Shown here piece after piece: positions 19,700 to 29,392 of a stretch of 64,000 nt of DNA. Both the position numbers and the translations under genes were made by a program. A model generated the notes under the pieces. It did not search any database, was not told the DNA's origin, and saw only the letters and a list, made by a program, of their open reading frames with translations. Origin of the DNA: an uncultured Bacteroidales bacterium (lineage in GTDB: Bacteria; Bacteroidota; Bacteroidia; Bacteroidales; VadinHA17); assembly GCA_963782945.1 (NCBI GenBank), contig CAWALO010000033.1, positions 194,014-258,013 on the forward strand, in the 5' to 3' direction. The number at the start of each line of letters is the position of its first letter. Position 1 is the stretch's first letter.

Positions 19700-20830
19700 A
19701 TGAAATTTGTAGTATCCAGTTCGGAACTTCTAGGTCACCTGCAAGCCATAAGCAGGGTAATCAGTTCAAAGAATACACTTCCCATACTTGATAATTTTCT
19801 TTTTAATCTTTCCGGCAACGATCTTGAAATAACTGCATCAGATCTTGAATCGACCCTTATAACACGGATGAAACTTGAAAATACTGACGGAGACGGAACA
19901 ATTGCCCTGCCTGCAAGGATATTACTGGATACACTCAAGGAGTTTTCGGTTCAGCCGCTCACATTTGATATCAATATGTCAACAATGGCAGTGGTTATCA
20001 GCTCCGAGAATGGTAAATTTAATGTTGTCGGGCAGAATGGTATTGATTTCCCTGCATTGCCGGCTATTAAAAAGGAGAAGAAATTTTCATTCGTTCTGAA
20101 TGCGGATGTTATGCTTGCCGGAATTACCAGGACTCTCTTTGCCACTGCCGATGATGAATTGCGTCCTGTAATGGGTGGTATCTTTATCGAAGCATCCACC
20201 GACAGGATTACTTTTGTAGCATCGGATGCCCATAAACTTGTGCGTTATCAGCGTACCGACGCGCAGGCTGATGATATCTCTTCATTCATCCTGCCTAAGA
20301 AACCGGCTTCTCTTCTGAAGAATATCCTGCCGCGGGAGGAAGGAGCAGTCACAGTGGAGTTTGATGACAAAAATGCATTCTTTAATCTGAGCAATTATAA
20401 AGTTGTTTGCCGTCTTGTGGAGGGAAATTATCCCAATTATAATTCAGTAATTCCTAAGAATAATCCGCGTAAGATCACTATCGACAGGGTGGAGTTTTAT
20501 AATACTCTGAAGAGAGTTTCCGTATTTTCAAATCAGGCGAGCAATCTTGTGAAACTTCAGATGAAAGGCAACCAGGTAATGGTATCAGCACAGGATATAG
20601 ATTTTTCAATATCTGCATATGAGAGGATCAAATGTCAGTATGAAGGGGAAGAAATTGAGATTGGGTTCAAATCGGTTTTCCTTTTGGAGATATTAGCAAA
20701 CATCGCGTCTCAGGATGTTATGATTGAACTCGCTGACCCTACAAGAGCTGGGTTGTTTCTTCCCGCAGTTACCGAGAATGAATCGGAAGATCTGCTTATG
20801 CTCCTTATGCCAATGATGATAAATGCCTGA
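19700..20830 (+). CDS. dnaN: DNA polymerase III beta subunit (sliding clamp)
   Basis: MKFVVSSSELL...TLPILDNFLF N-terminus, 376 aa, C-terminal LLMPMMI motif. Confidence 0.92.
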   Translation: MKFVVSSSELLGHLQAISRVISSKNTLPILDNFLFNLSGNDLEITASDLESTLITRMKLENTDGDGTIALPARILLDTLKEFSVQPLTFDINMSTMAVVISSENGKFNVVGQNGIDFPALPAIKKEKKFSFVLNADVMLAGITRTLFATADDELRPVMGGIFIEASTDRITFVASDAHKLVRYQRTDAQADDISSFILPKKPASLLKNILPREEGAVTVEFDDKNAFFNLSNYKVVCRLVEGNYPNYNSVIPKNNPRKITIDRVEFYNTLKRVSVFSNQASNLVKLQMKGNQVMVSAQDIDFSISAYERIKCQYEGEEIEIGFKSVFLLEILANIASQDVMIELADPTRAGLFLPAVTENESEDLLMLLMPMMINA

Positions 20831-20833
20831 CCC

Positions 20834-21611
20834 TTGGATCTGAATATTAAACGTCCAATAGCTTTTCTGGATCTTGAAACAACAGGTATCAACGTTGCCG
20901 TTGACCGTATTGTCGAAATTTCAGTTCTGAAGATAACTCCCAATGGAAAAGAGGAGTGGTTGAGCACAAGGGTAAATCCTGAGATGCCTATCCCTCCCAA
21001 ATCAACAGCTATACACGGGATTACTGATGAAGATGTTGCAAACTCGCCCTCATTCAGGGAAATAGCTAAAAATCTGGCCTCTTTCCTTGAGGGATGCGAC
21101 CTTGCCGGATACAATGCTGTTAAATTTGATATCCCGGTAATGGCCGAGGAATTCCTCAGGGTTAATATCGATTTTAATTTCAGGAAGCGCAGGTACGTGG
21201 ATGTCCAGGTTATCTTCCATAAAAAAGAACAACGAACACTTGCTGCGGCTTACCAGTTCTACTGCAAAAAAGACCTTGTAGGAGCCCATGGCTCAAAGGC
21301 TGATACTGCAGCCACTTACGAGGTTCTTAAAGTCACAGCTGGATAGGTATAAGGATCTGGAAAATGATGTTGAGAAGCTCGCAGATTACAGTTCATACAA
21401 CAGCATTGTTGATTTCGCCGGCAGGATAATACTTGATGAAAAAGGAATTGAAGTATTCAACTTCGGAAAACATAAGGGAAAAGCTGTGGAACTGGTTTTT
21501 AAGGAGGAGCCTTCCTACTACTCCTGGATGATGAATGGTGATTTTCCTCTCTACACAAAAAAAGTTCTGACAGAAATCAAATTAAGATCTTTCGGAAAAA
21601 TCCAGGGTTAA
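20834..21611 (+). pseudogene. DnaQ-like 3'-5' exonuclease, interrupted by a 1-nt frameshift near 21329-21332
   Basis: ORF 20834..21346 (TTG start; FLDLETTG Exo I motif, HGITDED) stops at TAG 21344; ORF in the +1 frame continues to 21611 with ...LKSQLDRYKDLEN...; removing one nt of ctt-AAAG-tca joins them as ATYEVLKSQLDRYKDL. Confidence 0.7.
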
Positions 21612-21612
21612 A

Positions 21613-22224
21613 ATGAAGATCATCTGTATCGGACTTAACTACCGCCAGCATGCTCTGGAAATGGGATGGAAACTCCCGACAGAACCTGTGGTCTTCCTTA
21701 AGCCCGATTCATCTCTCCTTAAGAACAATAAGCCCTTCTTTCTTCCCGGTTTCTCAGAGAATATTCATTATGAAGTGGAGGTTGTTGTTAAGATCAGCAA
21801 ACTCGGGAAAAGCATTGCCTCAAAGTTTGCACCCCGCTATTTCGATGAGGTTACCCTGGGTATTGACATTACTGCCCGTGATATTCAGAGCCGGCAGTCA
21901 GCTGCAGGATACCCATGGGAATTATCAAAATGTTTTGACGGGGCAGCTCCGGTCGGCACATTTATTCCGGTAAAGACATTCAGCGATATGGGAGATATCG
22001 ATTTCAGGCTTGAGATAAATGAAAAAGTCGTCCAGAAGAGTAACACCTCAGATATGATATTCAGTATCAATGAGATAATTGAATATGTATCAAGGTTCTT
22101 TACCCTTAAGACAGGCGACCTGATATTCACAGGCACACCATCCGGAGTCGGACAGCTTAAAAAAAACGATAATCTTGTTGCCTACCTTGAAGACAAACCA
22201 CTGCTGGATTTTCGGATAAAATAA
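21613..22224 (+). CDS. fumarylacetoacetate hydrolase (FAH) family protein
   Basis: KIICIGLNY, YEVEVVV, GDLIFTGTPSGVG motifs of the FAH fold. Confidence 0.85.
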   Translation: MKIICIGLNYRQHALEMGWKLPTEPVVFLKPDSSLLKNNKPFFLPGFSENIHYEVEVVVKISKLGKSIASKFAPRYFDEVTLGIDITARDIQSRQSAAGYPWELSKCFDGAAPVGTFIPVKTFSDMGDIDFRLEINEKVVQKSNTSDMIFSINEIIEYVSRFFTLKTGDLIFTGTPSGVGQLKKNDNLVAYLEDKPLLDFRIK

Positions 22225-22239
22225 TATTTTAATTCCTTA

Positions 22240-22267
22240 GTAGGGTCATGCCATGGCATGACCCTAC
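22240..22267. terminator. 28-bp perfect palindrome gtagggtcatgccatggcatgaccctac (bidirectional hairpin / REP-like)
   Basis: Self-complementary over all 28 nt; lies between convergent genes ending at 22224 (+) and 22334 (-). Confidence 0.55.
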
Positions 22268-22287
22268 AATGTCATCATAATATACGT

Positions 22288-22315
22288 GTAGGGACACGCC
22301 ATGGCGTGTCCCTAC
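22288..22315. terminator. 28-bp perfect palindrome gtagggacacgccatggcgtgtccctac (variant copy)
   Basis: Same outer arms (gtaggg/ccctac) and CCATGG centre as the 22240 copy; inner 5 nt changed symmetrically on both arms. Confidence 0.55.
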
Positions 22316-22333
22316 ATAGAAAACAAATATTCC

Positions 22334-24508
22334 TCAATTAAACCAGTACGATATTTTCAGAACCAGTCCGCGGTTCTTAATTTCATGATCCTGAGGGAAT
22401 GAGTTTTCGGTATAAACGATAAACAGGTCAGATACAGGTGCAAATCGCCACTGGAAGCGGAGATTGAGATTAATGTTGTCGATCTGGTCATTGTACTGGA
22501 GGAGACTTGTGAAAAATATCTTATCGGTAAAAGTGAAATCCAGTCTTGGTCCGACAAGCAGGAATCTTGCACTGCTGTAGGGATCGGGCAGTTCAATATT
22601 ATTGTAAGATGAAACGATACCAATGCTTCCATAGGGTTGAACACGGTAGTTTAATTCCCCGTTCACTGTCCATCCTGTGCCGTTGTAATATCCTCCATAA
22701 CGTCCGGCGAGGAGTAAGTTGAATGGCCTCCTTATATCTGAAGTAAAGGATGCGCCCACATCTTTCCAGTCAAACACCTCTCCTGCAGGTAATGGAACAC
22801 CTCCTGAGTTGGTAGGATCAAAAGGCGCCTGCAGTAAAACATAAGTGGATTTTACATTTATCTGGGCAACGCTTTTATTCATCCATTCAGCCTGGTAAAA
22901 AACAGTGGCATCCCTGTCAGTTATCTTAAAGGCAGGATCTGTAAGAAGATCCAGTTTTATACCCGGTCCGTGATTTGCAATCTTGCTGGCGGCCGGGAAA
23001 AATTTGTACTGAAGTATCGGATTAATTTCGTAATAGCCTTTTCTTCTGATATATCCCACTTCAGCTACATAGTCGGCGCCTACCCATGACTGGTTTATTG
23101 TTGCAGTCAGATACTGTGTTGAATACATTATATTCGCTGCAGCTGCCGCAGCATCTCCATTGGCACCGGGATAAAATGCCTGATGATAAAATGTTTTACC
23201 TGTCCATCTGTTATCGGCGCTTGCAAGGTTAAATTCCAACCCTGCCACGCGGTTAAAATCGAGACCAGTGAATGTGGTGTCACTATTTGCATTCGTTACC
23301 TGTTTATTTACAAGAAAGGCAGAGATACTCGACCTTCTGAAAACTTTGCGCTGAAGGGCAGCCACGGTAAAGTTACTTGCAGGTATTTCATCTTCTTCCC
23401 TGGTCTGCATATCCATCAATCCGATCCTCCAGTTATTTCCGATCTTTCCGCTAAGCCGTGCCCCTGCCACAACAGGAGAGTTAAGTCCGATACGCCTCGA
23501 GAAAAAGGGTCTGAGATTTTCAGTTCCAAGGTTAGCGAATAGGTCGCTGTTCTCAAGGTAAAACTGCCTCTTCTCAGGGAAGAAAAGTTCAAACCTGTCA
23601 AGGTTGGTCACCTGCCTGTCAACCTCAACCTGTGAATAATCAGGATTAACAGTAAGGTCAAGATTCATTGATGTTGACAGGATTACTTTTGCATCCACAC
23701 CGGCATTGACTCTGGGTTGGATATCTGTCCCGGCCTCCTTGTCCTGTGTTGCCTTGCCGGATACATAGGGTATTAGTGAAATCCTGGGTCCGCTTGATGA
23801 AGGCAGCGGCTTATCCCATAGAAGTGAACCTGTATATGCAAGGTTGGCTGTGGCGAACTGCCTTGGCATCGGAGCCCAGCTTGATTTTTCATTTGTTTTA
23901 AGGTCCAGCCTGCTGAAATTAATGCCCCACTCCGGTTCTCCTCCGTGATATCTTATACTGCGAAAAGGAATTGCAAACTCCGCTACCCAGCGGTCTTTAT
24001 AATTTCTAACAGCTGATTTCCATTTGATATCCCAGTCCAGATTCACTAATCCTCCATTTGCCTGAACGCCATCCCATTGTGCCCCTGCGGCTGAAACACC
24101 GAATGAAAATCCATTTGTCTGATCATTGTAGGTATCAATGAAAACAAGAAAATTATCGTTTTTGCCAAAGTTGAAATCGCGCCTCAGTGATTCAACAGGG
24201 CGCTTGCCGGGAGTGGAATCATAGCAGGTGATTGCCATATAAAGGGTCGATTCAGTATATGTCAGCCTCACTTCGGTCTGTGAAATTGCAAAACCGGTAT
24301 CGGTTGGCTGAACTCGCTGGAAATGAGTTGCTGTCTCTGTCGCAGACCAGATTGGTTCATCAAGAACTCCATCTATATTTATGATTGCATCTGTCCTCGA
24401 AATCCCAATGCGGTATTTTTCCCGGTTTATTCCTTTTGATTCACCAAAAAGTAATGCAGTATATAACAGAGGGATTATTGAAAGCAGGAAAAAACGGGCT
24501 CTGAGCAT
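22334..24508 (-). CDS. DUF5916 / CBM9-like domain outer membrane protein
   Basis: ATG at 24508 gives a signal peptide (MLRARFFLLSIIPLLYTALLFG); IDGVLDEPIW motif of the CBM9-like N-domain, long beta-rich C-terminal part ending in F. Confidence 0.6.
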   Translation of the reverse strand: MLRARFFLLSIIPLLYTALLFGESKGINREKYRIGISRTDAIINIDGVLDEPIWSATETATHFQRVQPTDTGFAISQTEVRLTYTESTLYMAITCYDSTPGKRPVESLRRDFNFGKNDNFLVFIDTYNDQTNGFSFGVSAAGAQWDGVQANGGLVNLDWDIKWKSAVRNYKDRWVAEFAIPFRSIRYHGGEPEWGINFSRLDLKTNEKSSWAPMPRQFATANLAYTGSLLWDKPLPSSSGPRISLIPYVSGKATQDKEAGTDIQPRVNAGVDAKVILSTSMNLDLTVNPDYSQVEVDRQVTNLDRFELFFPEKRQFYLENSDLFANLGTENLRPFFSRRIGLNSPVVAGARLSGKIGNNWRIGLMDMQTREEDEIPASNFTVAALQRKVFRRSSISAFLVNKQVTNANSDTTFTGLDFNRVAGLEFNLASADNRWTGKTFYHQAFYPGANGDAAAAAANIMYSTQYLTATINQSWVGADYVAEVGYIRRKGYYEINPILQYKFFPAASKIANHGPGIKLDLLTDPAFKITDRDATVFYQAEWMNKSVAQINVKSTYVLLQAPFDPTNSGGVPLPAGEVFDWKDVGASFTSDIRRPFNLLLAGRYGGYYNGTGWTVNGELNYRVQPYGSIGIVSSYNNIELPDPYSSARFLLVGPRLDFTFTDKIFFTSLLQYNDQIDNINLNLRFQWRFAPVSDLFIVYTENSFPQDHEIKNRGLVLKISYWFN

Positions 24509-24666
24509 TTGAAGTAAAAAATTTTGGCGCAATATAGGAAAAATAGTATAAGGTGGAAATTGTCAAATGTTAAAGAACCTTAAGATCATGAAATACATTT
24601 AAACAGATAAAATATATTCCTAATTCGTTACATTTGAGCTGTTGTTTTAATTCTATGTTGAAAAAT

Positions 24667-24757
24667 CCTTTGTGAACCTTTGTGAAATCCTTTGCGACCT
24701 TCGTGTTAAAAAAAATAAACACGAAGGACACGAAGGGTCTCACAAAGGACACAAAGG
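24667..24757. repeat. CACNRAGK-type repeat hairpin (arms about 40 nt, A-rich loop)
   Basis: cctttgtgaa cctttgtgaaat cctttgcga ccttcgtgtt - aaaaaaaataa - acacgaagg acacgaaggg tctcacaaagg acacaaagg; the arms are near-complementary unit by unit. Confidence 0.85.
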
Positions 24758-24774
24758 CTAAATCGTCTTTGTTA

Positions 24775-25947
24775 ATGGCAAAAAAAGAAAAACCTGATTC
24801 TATTGTTGGCGGAATTCATTATGCCACCGGTCAGCCAGTCAAAATAGAAATTAAGGATGGACGAATCGTCTCTGTTATTGAAACAGCCAGGACCGGATTA
24901 GATTTCACGGATCTGATCATTGCTCCCGGATTGACAGATAATCAGATAAACGGGTATGCAAGTATCGATTTCTCAGGAAATGATCTTTCTGCGGATGGTG
25001 TGATAGAGGCAGGAAAGGCTATAAACAGAGATGGCGTTACAACTTTTCTGCCGACATTGATTACCGGCAGCCATGAAAACCTTATTAAAAATTTCGGAAT
25101 TCTTCATGAAGCATTAAACAAAGATGAGAGGCTGTCAGGATCTGTTCCCGGATTTCATCTCGAAGGGCCTTATATCTCACCCGATGAAGGATACCGGGGC
25201 TGTCATCCTGTGCAGCATATAAGGAAGCCTTCCTGGGATGAATTCACCCTGTATCAGAAAGCTGCAGGAGGGAAGATTATCCAGGTCACTGTCGCTCCCG
25301 AGCTGGAGGGATGTACTGAGTTTATAAGGTTATGTAAACTTAACGGTATTACTGTTGCCATGGGTCATACAAATTCATCTGCAGAGGATATCCGCAAGGC
25401 TGTGGAAGCAGGAGTAAGTATATCGACCCATCTCGGAAACGGCTGTGCCAATCTCATTCACCGTCATAATAATCCTATCTGGCCTCAGCTGGCAAATGAA
25501 AATCTTACTTCAACAATAATAGCTGACGGGTTTCATCTGATTCCCGAAGAACTTAAAGTGTTCTATAAAGTAAAAGGTCCGGATAAGCTAATTCTCACCT
25601 CGGATGTAATTTACCTGGCCGGAATGGCTCCGGGGAAATATACTTTTCTGGAAAGTGAGGTTATACTTACAGAGGAAGGCATGCTGAAAAATATAGCCAT
25701 GAACTGCCTTGCAGGAGCCTCTTTTCCCTTAAAAACCGGTGTGGGTAACATGATGAAATATACCGGCTGTTCCATGAAAGATGCAATTAATATGGCATCG
25801 GGTAATGTTGCGAGGGTTTATGGACTGACTGACAGGGGAAGTCTGTCAGCTGGAAAAAGAGCTGATCTGATCATGTTTGAAATGGATGGAGATCATCTTA
25901 AGATCAGAAAAACCTATCTCAATGGGGAACTTGTATTTCAGGGATAA
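24775..25947 (+). CDS. nagA: N-acetylglucosamine-6-phosphate deacetylase-like amidohydrolase
   Basis: APGLTDNQINGY (E. coli-type QxN instead of HxH), HLEGPYIS, AMGHTNSS, STHLGNG motifs; start moved to ATG 24775 because 24682..24774 is repeat DNA. Confidence 0.7.
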   Translation: MAKKEKPDSIVGGIHYATGQPVKIEIKDGRIVSVIETARTGLDFTDLIIAPGLTDNQINGYASIDFSGNDLSADGVIEAGKAINRDGVTTFLPTLITGSHENLIKNFGILHEALNKDERLSGSVPGFHLEGPYISPDEGYRGCHPVQHIRKPSWDEFTLYQKAAGGKIIQVTVAPELEGCTEFIRLCKLNGITVAMGHTNSSAEDIRKAVEAGVSISTHLGNGCANLIHRHNNPIWPQLANENLTSTIIADGFHLIPEELKVFYKVKGPDKLILTSDVIYLAGMAPGKYTFLESEVILTEEGMLKNIAMNCLAGASFPLKTGVGNMMKYTGCSMKDAINMASGNVARVYGLTDRGSLSAGKRADLIMFEMDGDHLKIRKTYLNGELVFQG

Positions 25948-26037
25948 GCATTAATTGGATAAATTACTATATTTATCCGTTGACAATTAATGTTTTTTTA
26001 AGTTAAGTACTATATTCTTCCAATAATAACCAAATGT

Positions 26038-26079
26038 CTCACGCCTCACCCCTGATGCCTGACGCCTCAAACCTCCATC
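26038..26079. repeat. degenerate heptanucleotide array, 6 units
   Basis: ctcacgc ctcaccc ctgatgc ctgacgc ctcaaac ctccatc; ends 4 nt before the SSF start codon; reverse complement of the ggcgtca family at 37624. Confidence 0.8.
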
Positions 26080-26083
26080 CCAC

Positions 26084-27751
26084 ATGAGCCCCATAGATTA
26101 TATAGTACTGTTCGGTTATTTCATCTCAATCACAGCTTTTGGCTTATGGATGGCTCATAGGACAAAGACCAGTGATGCATTTTTCAGGGGCGAGCGGAAG
26201 TTCAAATGGTATATTATGATCGGCCAGGCATTTGGTGTCGGCACCCACGCTGAGATGCCTGTGGCTCAGACAGGAGCAACCTTCAGCCAGGGTTTTGCTA
26301 CAATCTGGTACCAGTGGAAAAATATGCTGATCACTCCTTTCTACTGGCTTATTGCACCTTTTTACAGGCGTAGTGAAAGGACAACTATCGGTGAGATAAT
26401 TGAAGACAGGTATGGCAGCAAAATGGGACTTACATATTCAATATTTGCCGTTTGCTACTTCGTATTCAATATGGGTGTGATGATGCAGGGTGCAGCGAAA
26501 GTGATATCAGTGGCTTCAGGGAATTTAATATCTCCGGATATGGTTGTTCTTACCATGACAGTGGCATTTATCATTTATAGTTATGCAGGTGGACTTATAG
26601 CTGCCGCATACACAGATTTCATCCAGTCATTTCTTATTATTACTCTCTCTATTTTATTAATACCACTTGGATTAAAGCAGATTGGCGGGTTTTCCGGAAT
26701 GAGGGCTGTTCTTCCTGACCATTTCTTTGACCTCTTTAACTCTGCCAGTGGCATTGATGCATTCACAATAGCCATGCTGGCTGTCAACGGAATTGTAGGA
26801 ATAACCGCTCAGCCTCATATGATCTCAATGTGCGCAACAGGTGATACTGAGAGAGCCGGACGTATAGGTCAGACATTCGGATCGATGGTTAAACGGCTGG
26901 TTACTATTGGATGGGCCCTAACAGGATTAGTTGTGGCAGCGCTTGTGATTAAGAAAGGAGTATCACTTCCGGATCCGGAGATGGCTTTCGGATATGCCTG
27001 CAGCGTCCTTCTTGTTCCGGGACTGGTTGGGTTAATGCTGTCAGCAATTGTTGCAGCAAATATGGCAGCTTGTTCAAATTTCATGGTCAATACCGGTGCC
27101 CTTTTTACCCAGAATTTTTATAAGAAATATATCAATCCGGCGGCTGAGGATAGGCGGTTGATGAAGATGGGTCAGGTATCAGGACTCGGTTTGTCAGTGC
27201 TGGCAGTTTTTTTTGCTATGAGCATCAAGAATGTATTGCATGCCTTTCTCTTTACTGAAACGCTGGCGGCATTTATGGGTATAATCTTTCTGGGAGGTAT
27301 TATCTGGAAAAGAGCAAACAGATATGGTGCAGCATCAGCATTGGCCATATCATTATTAACCTATTTTCTGACAAATTTTATTTCCACCGGTGAGTTAATG
27401 CTTGTCTATAAATGGACACCTGCTCCTTTCGGTCTGGCTATGCTTTCAGGTTTCTTTGTGTTCTGGCTTGTAAGCGTACTGACTAAACCTGAAGACAAAG
27501 AGAAAAATGATGCTTTCTTTGATAATATGAGAAGAAAATCGGATGCTAAACATACCGATGGTGACGGGAAAAAGCCACTTGCTTCAGAAACAGGAGACGA
27601 CCTTCTTCTTCTGGACCTTCCCGGATGGCTCCATAAAAAAAGATGGACCAATTTCTTCAGCCGTTATCGTGAAGATATTGGAGGATTCCTTTTAAGCTGG
27701 GTTGTGGTAGGTGCATTGATACTGCTAGCCTGGGGAATACTTCAGATCTAG
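26084..27751 (+). CDS. sodium:solute symporter (SSF) family transporter
   Basis: 555 aa, 13-14 hydrophobic segments, GGLIAAAYTDFIQ motif typical of SSF. Confidence 0.8.
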   Translation: MSPIDYIVLFGYFISITAFGLWMAHRTKTSDAFFRGERKFKWYIMIGQAFGVGTHAEMPVAQTGATFSQGFATIWYQWKNMLITPFYWLIAPFYRRSERTTIGEIIEDRYGSKMGLTYSIFAVCYFVFNMGVMMQGAAKVISVASGNLISPDMVVLTMTVAFIIYSYAGGLIAAAYTDFIQSFLIITLSILLIPLGLKQIGGFSGMRAVLPDHFFDLFNSASGIDAFTIAMLAVNGIVGITAQPHMISMCATGDTERAGRIGQTFGSMVKRLVTIGWALTGLVVAALVIKKGVSLPDPEMAFGYACSVLLVPGLVGLMLSAIVAANMAACSNFMVNTGALFTQNFYKKYINPAAEDRRLMKMGQVSGLGLSVLAVFFAMSIKNVLHAFLFTETLAAFMGIIFLGGIIWKRANRYGAASALAISLLTYFLTNFISTGELMLVYKWTPAPFGLAMLSGFFVFWLVSVLTKPEDKEKNDAFFDNMRRKSDAKHTDGDGKKPLASETGDDLLLLDLPGWLHKKRWTNFFSRYREDIGGFLLSWVVVGALILLAWGILQI

Positions 27752-27816
27752 TATGTTCCACGCTTAGCATTTTACAGGATTTCGCTAAACATTCAGGGCA
27801 AACCTTTACATGAACC

Positions 27817-28941
27817 TTATTTGTATATATCCTTAAGATCCTTTTCGAATAAAGTATACGGATCATTATAGAATTTCATAAAATCAGGCACACTCACCTG
27901 TCCCGGGAAAGGTGCATAAAAATGAGTAGGGCTGCTTGCATCGTTTCTCCATACAAGAACATAGCAGAGCTGCATTTTATGCATCAGCATAGTTTTTAGC
28001 AGTGTTTCTGTCCACCAGCCAGGATTGGGTATTGATTCAAGTCCTGTTTCTGTAAAAGCAGCCAGTTTACCCGTCTTCATGGCATAATCAGAAACTATTT
28101 TCAGCTTATTGGCTGCTCCTGTGATATCATATTTATCACGTCCCATTTCTGAATAATTATCCACTCCTACCATATCAACCCATTCATCACCAGGATAGCG
28201 TTCCAGGTATTCCTCTGTGGTATTGAACTTGATATCAGGAGAAAATGCATAAATAAAATTATGCACCCCTGCACTGTCTCTCAGGTAGGACACCGTAAAC
28301 TGCCATAACGACTTGAACTCTTCAGTTGTACAGTGTGGTTTACCCCACCAGAACCAGCCGCCGTCAAATTCATGGAAAGGACGGAAGATAATTGGTACCT
28401 GTTTGCCATCTGATCCTTTAACGCTCTTCGCCCATTCTCCAAGGTCTTTTAATATTTCCACATAAATGGCGTGTGCCGATCCGCCTGGAATAATAAATCT
28501 TACAGCTGGTGCCGATATTGAATCATTCCAGTAAAAGCCTCCTTCAGAGACAGGATTTGAGAAATGCCATGAAGCAGTAATCACTCCACCCCGGTCATAT
28601 GTGGCTGCAATATTTTTCCGTAAATCGTCTTTATACTTGCTGGTCTGCTCTGCCGGTCCGCCTGTAAACCCCATGAAATCCACCCCGATTACAGCAGGAT
28701 GCGATCCGGTAACAGATTTTACATCGGAGCGGTCAGTATCACCGGCCCATCCATGGCCATATTCAGTTGCGTGCTGATGGCCGAACAGGGTGTGTTCCCG
28801 GGCCAGTTCTCCAAGGTTTTTGTAAAGATTTCTGGTTTCATCCGTGGCATTGGGATCAACCATTTTACGACTGTTGTCACCGGCACTCTTGCTGCAGGAT
28901 ACTGCTGTAATTACCAGTAGAAGGATTAGTAGAAATTTCAT
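27817..28941 (-). CDS. glycoside hydrolase family 26 (beta-mannanase-like) lipoprotein
   Basis: Lipobox ITAVSC; FRPFHEFDGGWFWWG catalytic-region motif characteristic of GH26. Confidence 0.8.
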   Translation of the reverse strand: MKFLLILLLVITAVSCSKSAGDNSRKMVDPNATDETRNLYKNLGELAREHTLFGHQHATEYGHGWAGDTDRSDVKSVTGSHPAVIGVDFMGFTGGPAEQTSKYKDDLRKNIAATYDRGGVITASWHFSNPVSEGGFYWNDSISAPAVRFIIPGGSAHAIYVEILKDLGEWAKSVKGSDGKQVPIIFRPFHEFDGGWFWWGKPHCTTEEFKSLWQFTVSYLRDSAGVHNFIYAFSPDIKFNTTEEYLERYPGDEWVDMVGVDNYSEMGRDKYDITGAANKLKIVSDYAMKTGKLAAFTETGLESIPNPGWWTETLLKTMLMHKMQLCYVLVWRNDASSPTHFYAPFPGQVSVPDFMKFYNDPYTLFEKDLKDIYK

Positions 28942-29122
28942 GATCTCAGATTTGGTTAGATAGGTATTTCTTCAGATAAAGATATAAATAATTATCAGAA
29001 TTGATATCTGGATGTTCGGCGAAGGATGGAGACTTAACCGAACAATTCTCAATTGACTTACCTTAGATTTTAATCTTAAGAAACATTAACTTTTTTCATT
29101 TGGTATTGAATGATACTATTAA

Positions 29123-29130
29123 TAACTTTG
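29123..29130 (+). promoter_or_regulatory. -7 box TAACTTTG upstream of tatA
   Basis: Exact TAnnTTTG match 24 nt upstream of ATG 29154; lies inside the TTG-extended ORF, supporting the shorter start. Confidence 0.45.
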
Positions 29131-29153
29131 ACCGTTACTTAAAACTTATCGCA

Positions 29154-29342
29154 ATGGGAAATCTTGGAGCTACAGAGATCATTTTAATTTTACTTGTTGT
29201 TGTTTTACTTTTCGGCGGAAGAAAGATACCTGAACTGATGAAAGGTATTGGACAGGGGATGAAGGAATTTAAGAAGGCCTCCAGAGTGGAAGATGATAAG
29301 GAGAAGATGAGCGCTGAGCCAAAAGAGGAAGAGAAAAAATAA
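29154..29342 (+). CDS. tatA: twin-arginine translocase subunit TatA/E
   Basis: [42 protein letters not shown]; ATG at 29154 preferred over the TTG-extended ORF. Confidence 0.85.
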   Translation: MGNLGATEIILILLVVVLLFGGRKIPELMKGIGQGMKEFKKASRVEDDKEKMSAEPKEEEKK

Positions 29343-29392
29343 AAGGTTGCCCTTGTATTAAAGCAAGCATTTTATTTGTAATGTATTGTATA

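Noticed and set aside
21326-21335. Programmed +1 ribosomal frameshift in the exonuclease gene (CUU AAA G context)
   Set aside because: There is no in-frame stop or rare codon at the shift site and no upstream stimulatory element. A 1-nt indel (error or mutation) is the simpler explanation. I kept it only as a low-interest finding.
24682-24774. Longer N-terminus of the nagA-like ORF (MKSFATFVLKKINTKDTKGLTKDTKAK...)
   Set aside because: This part is the translated right arm of the repeat hairpin. ATG 24775 gives a normal N-terminus.
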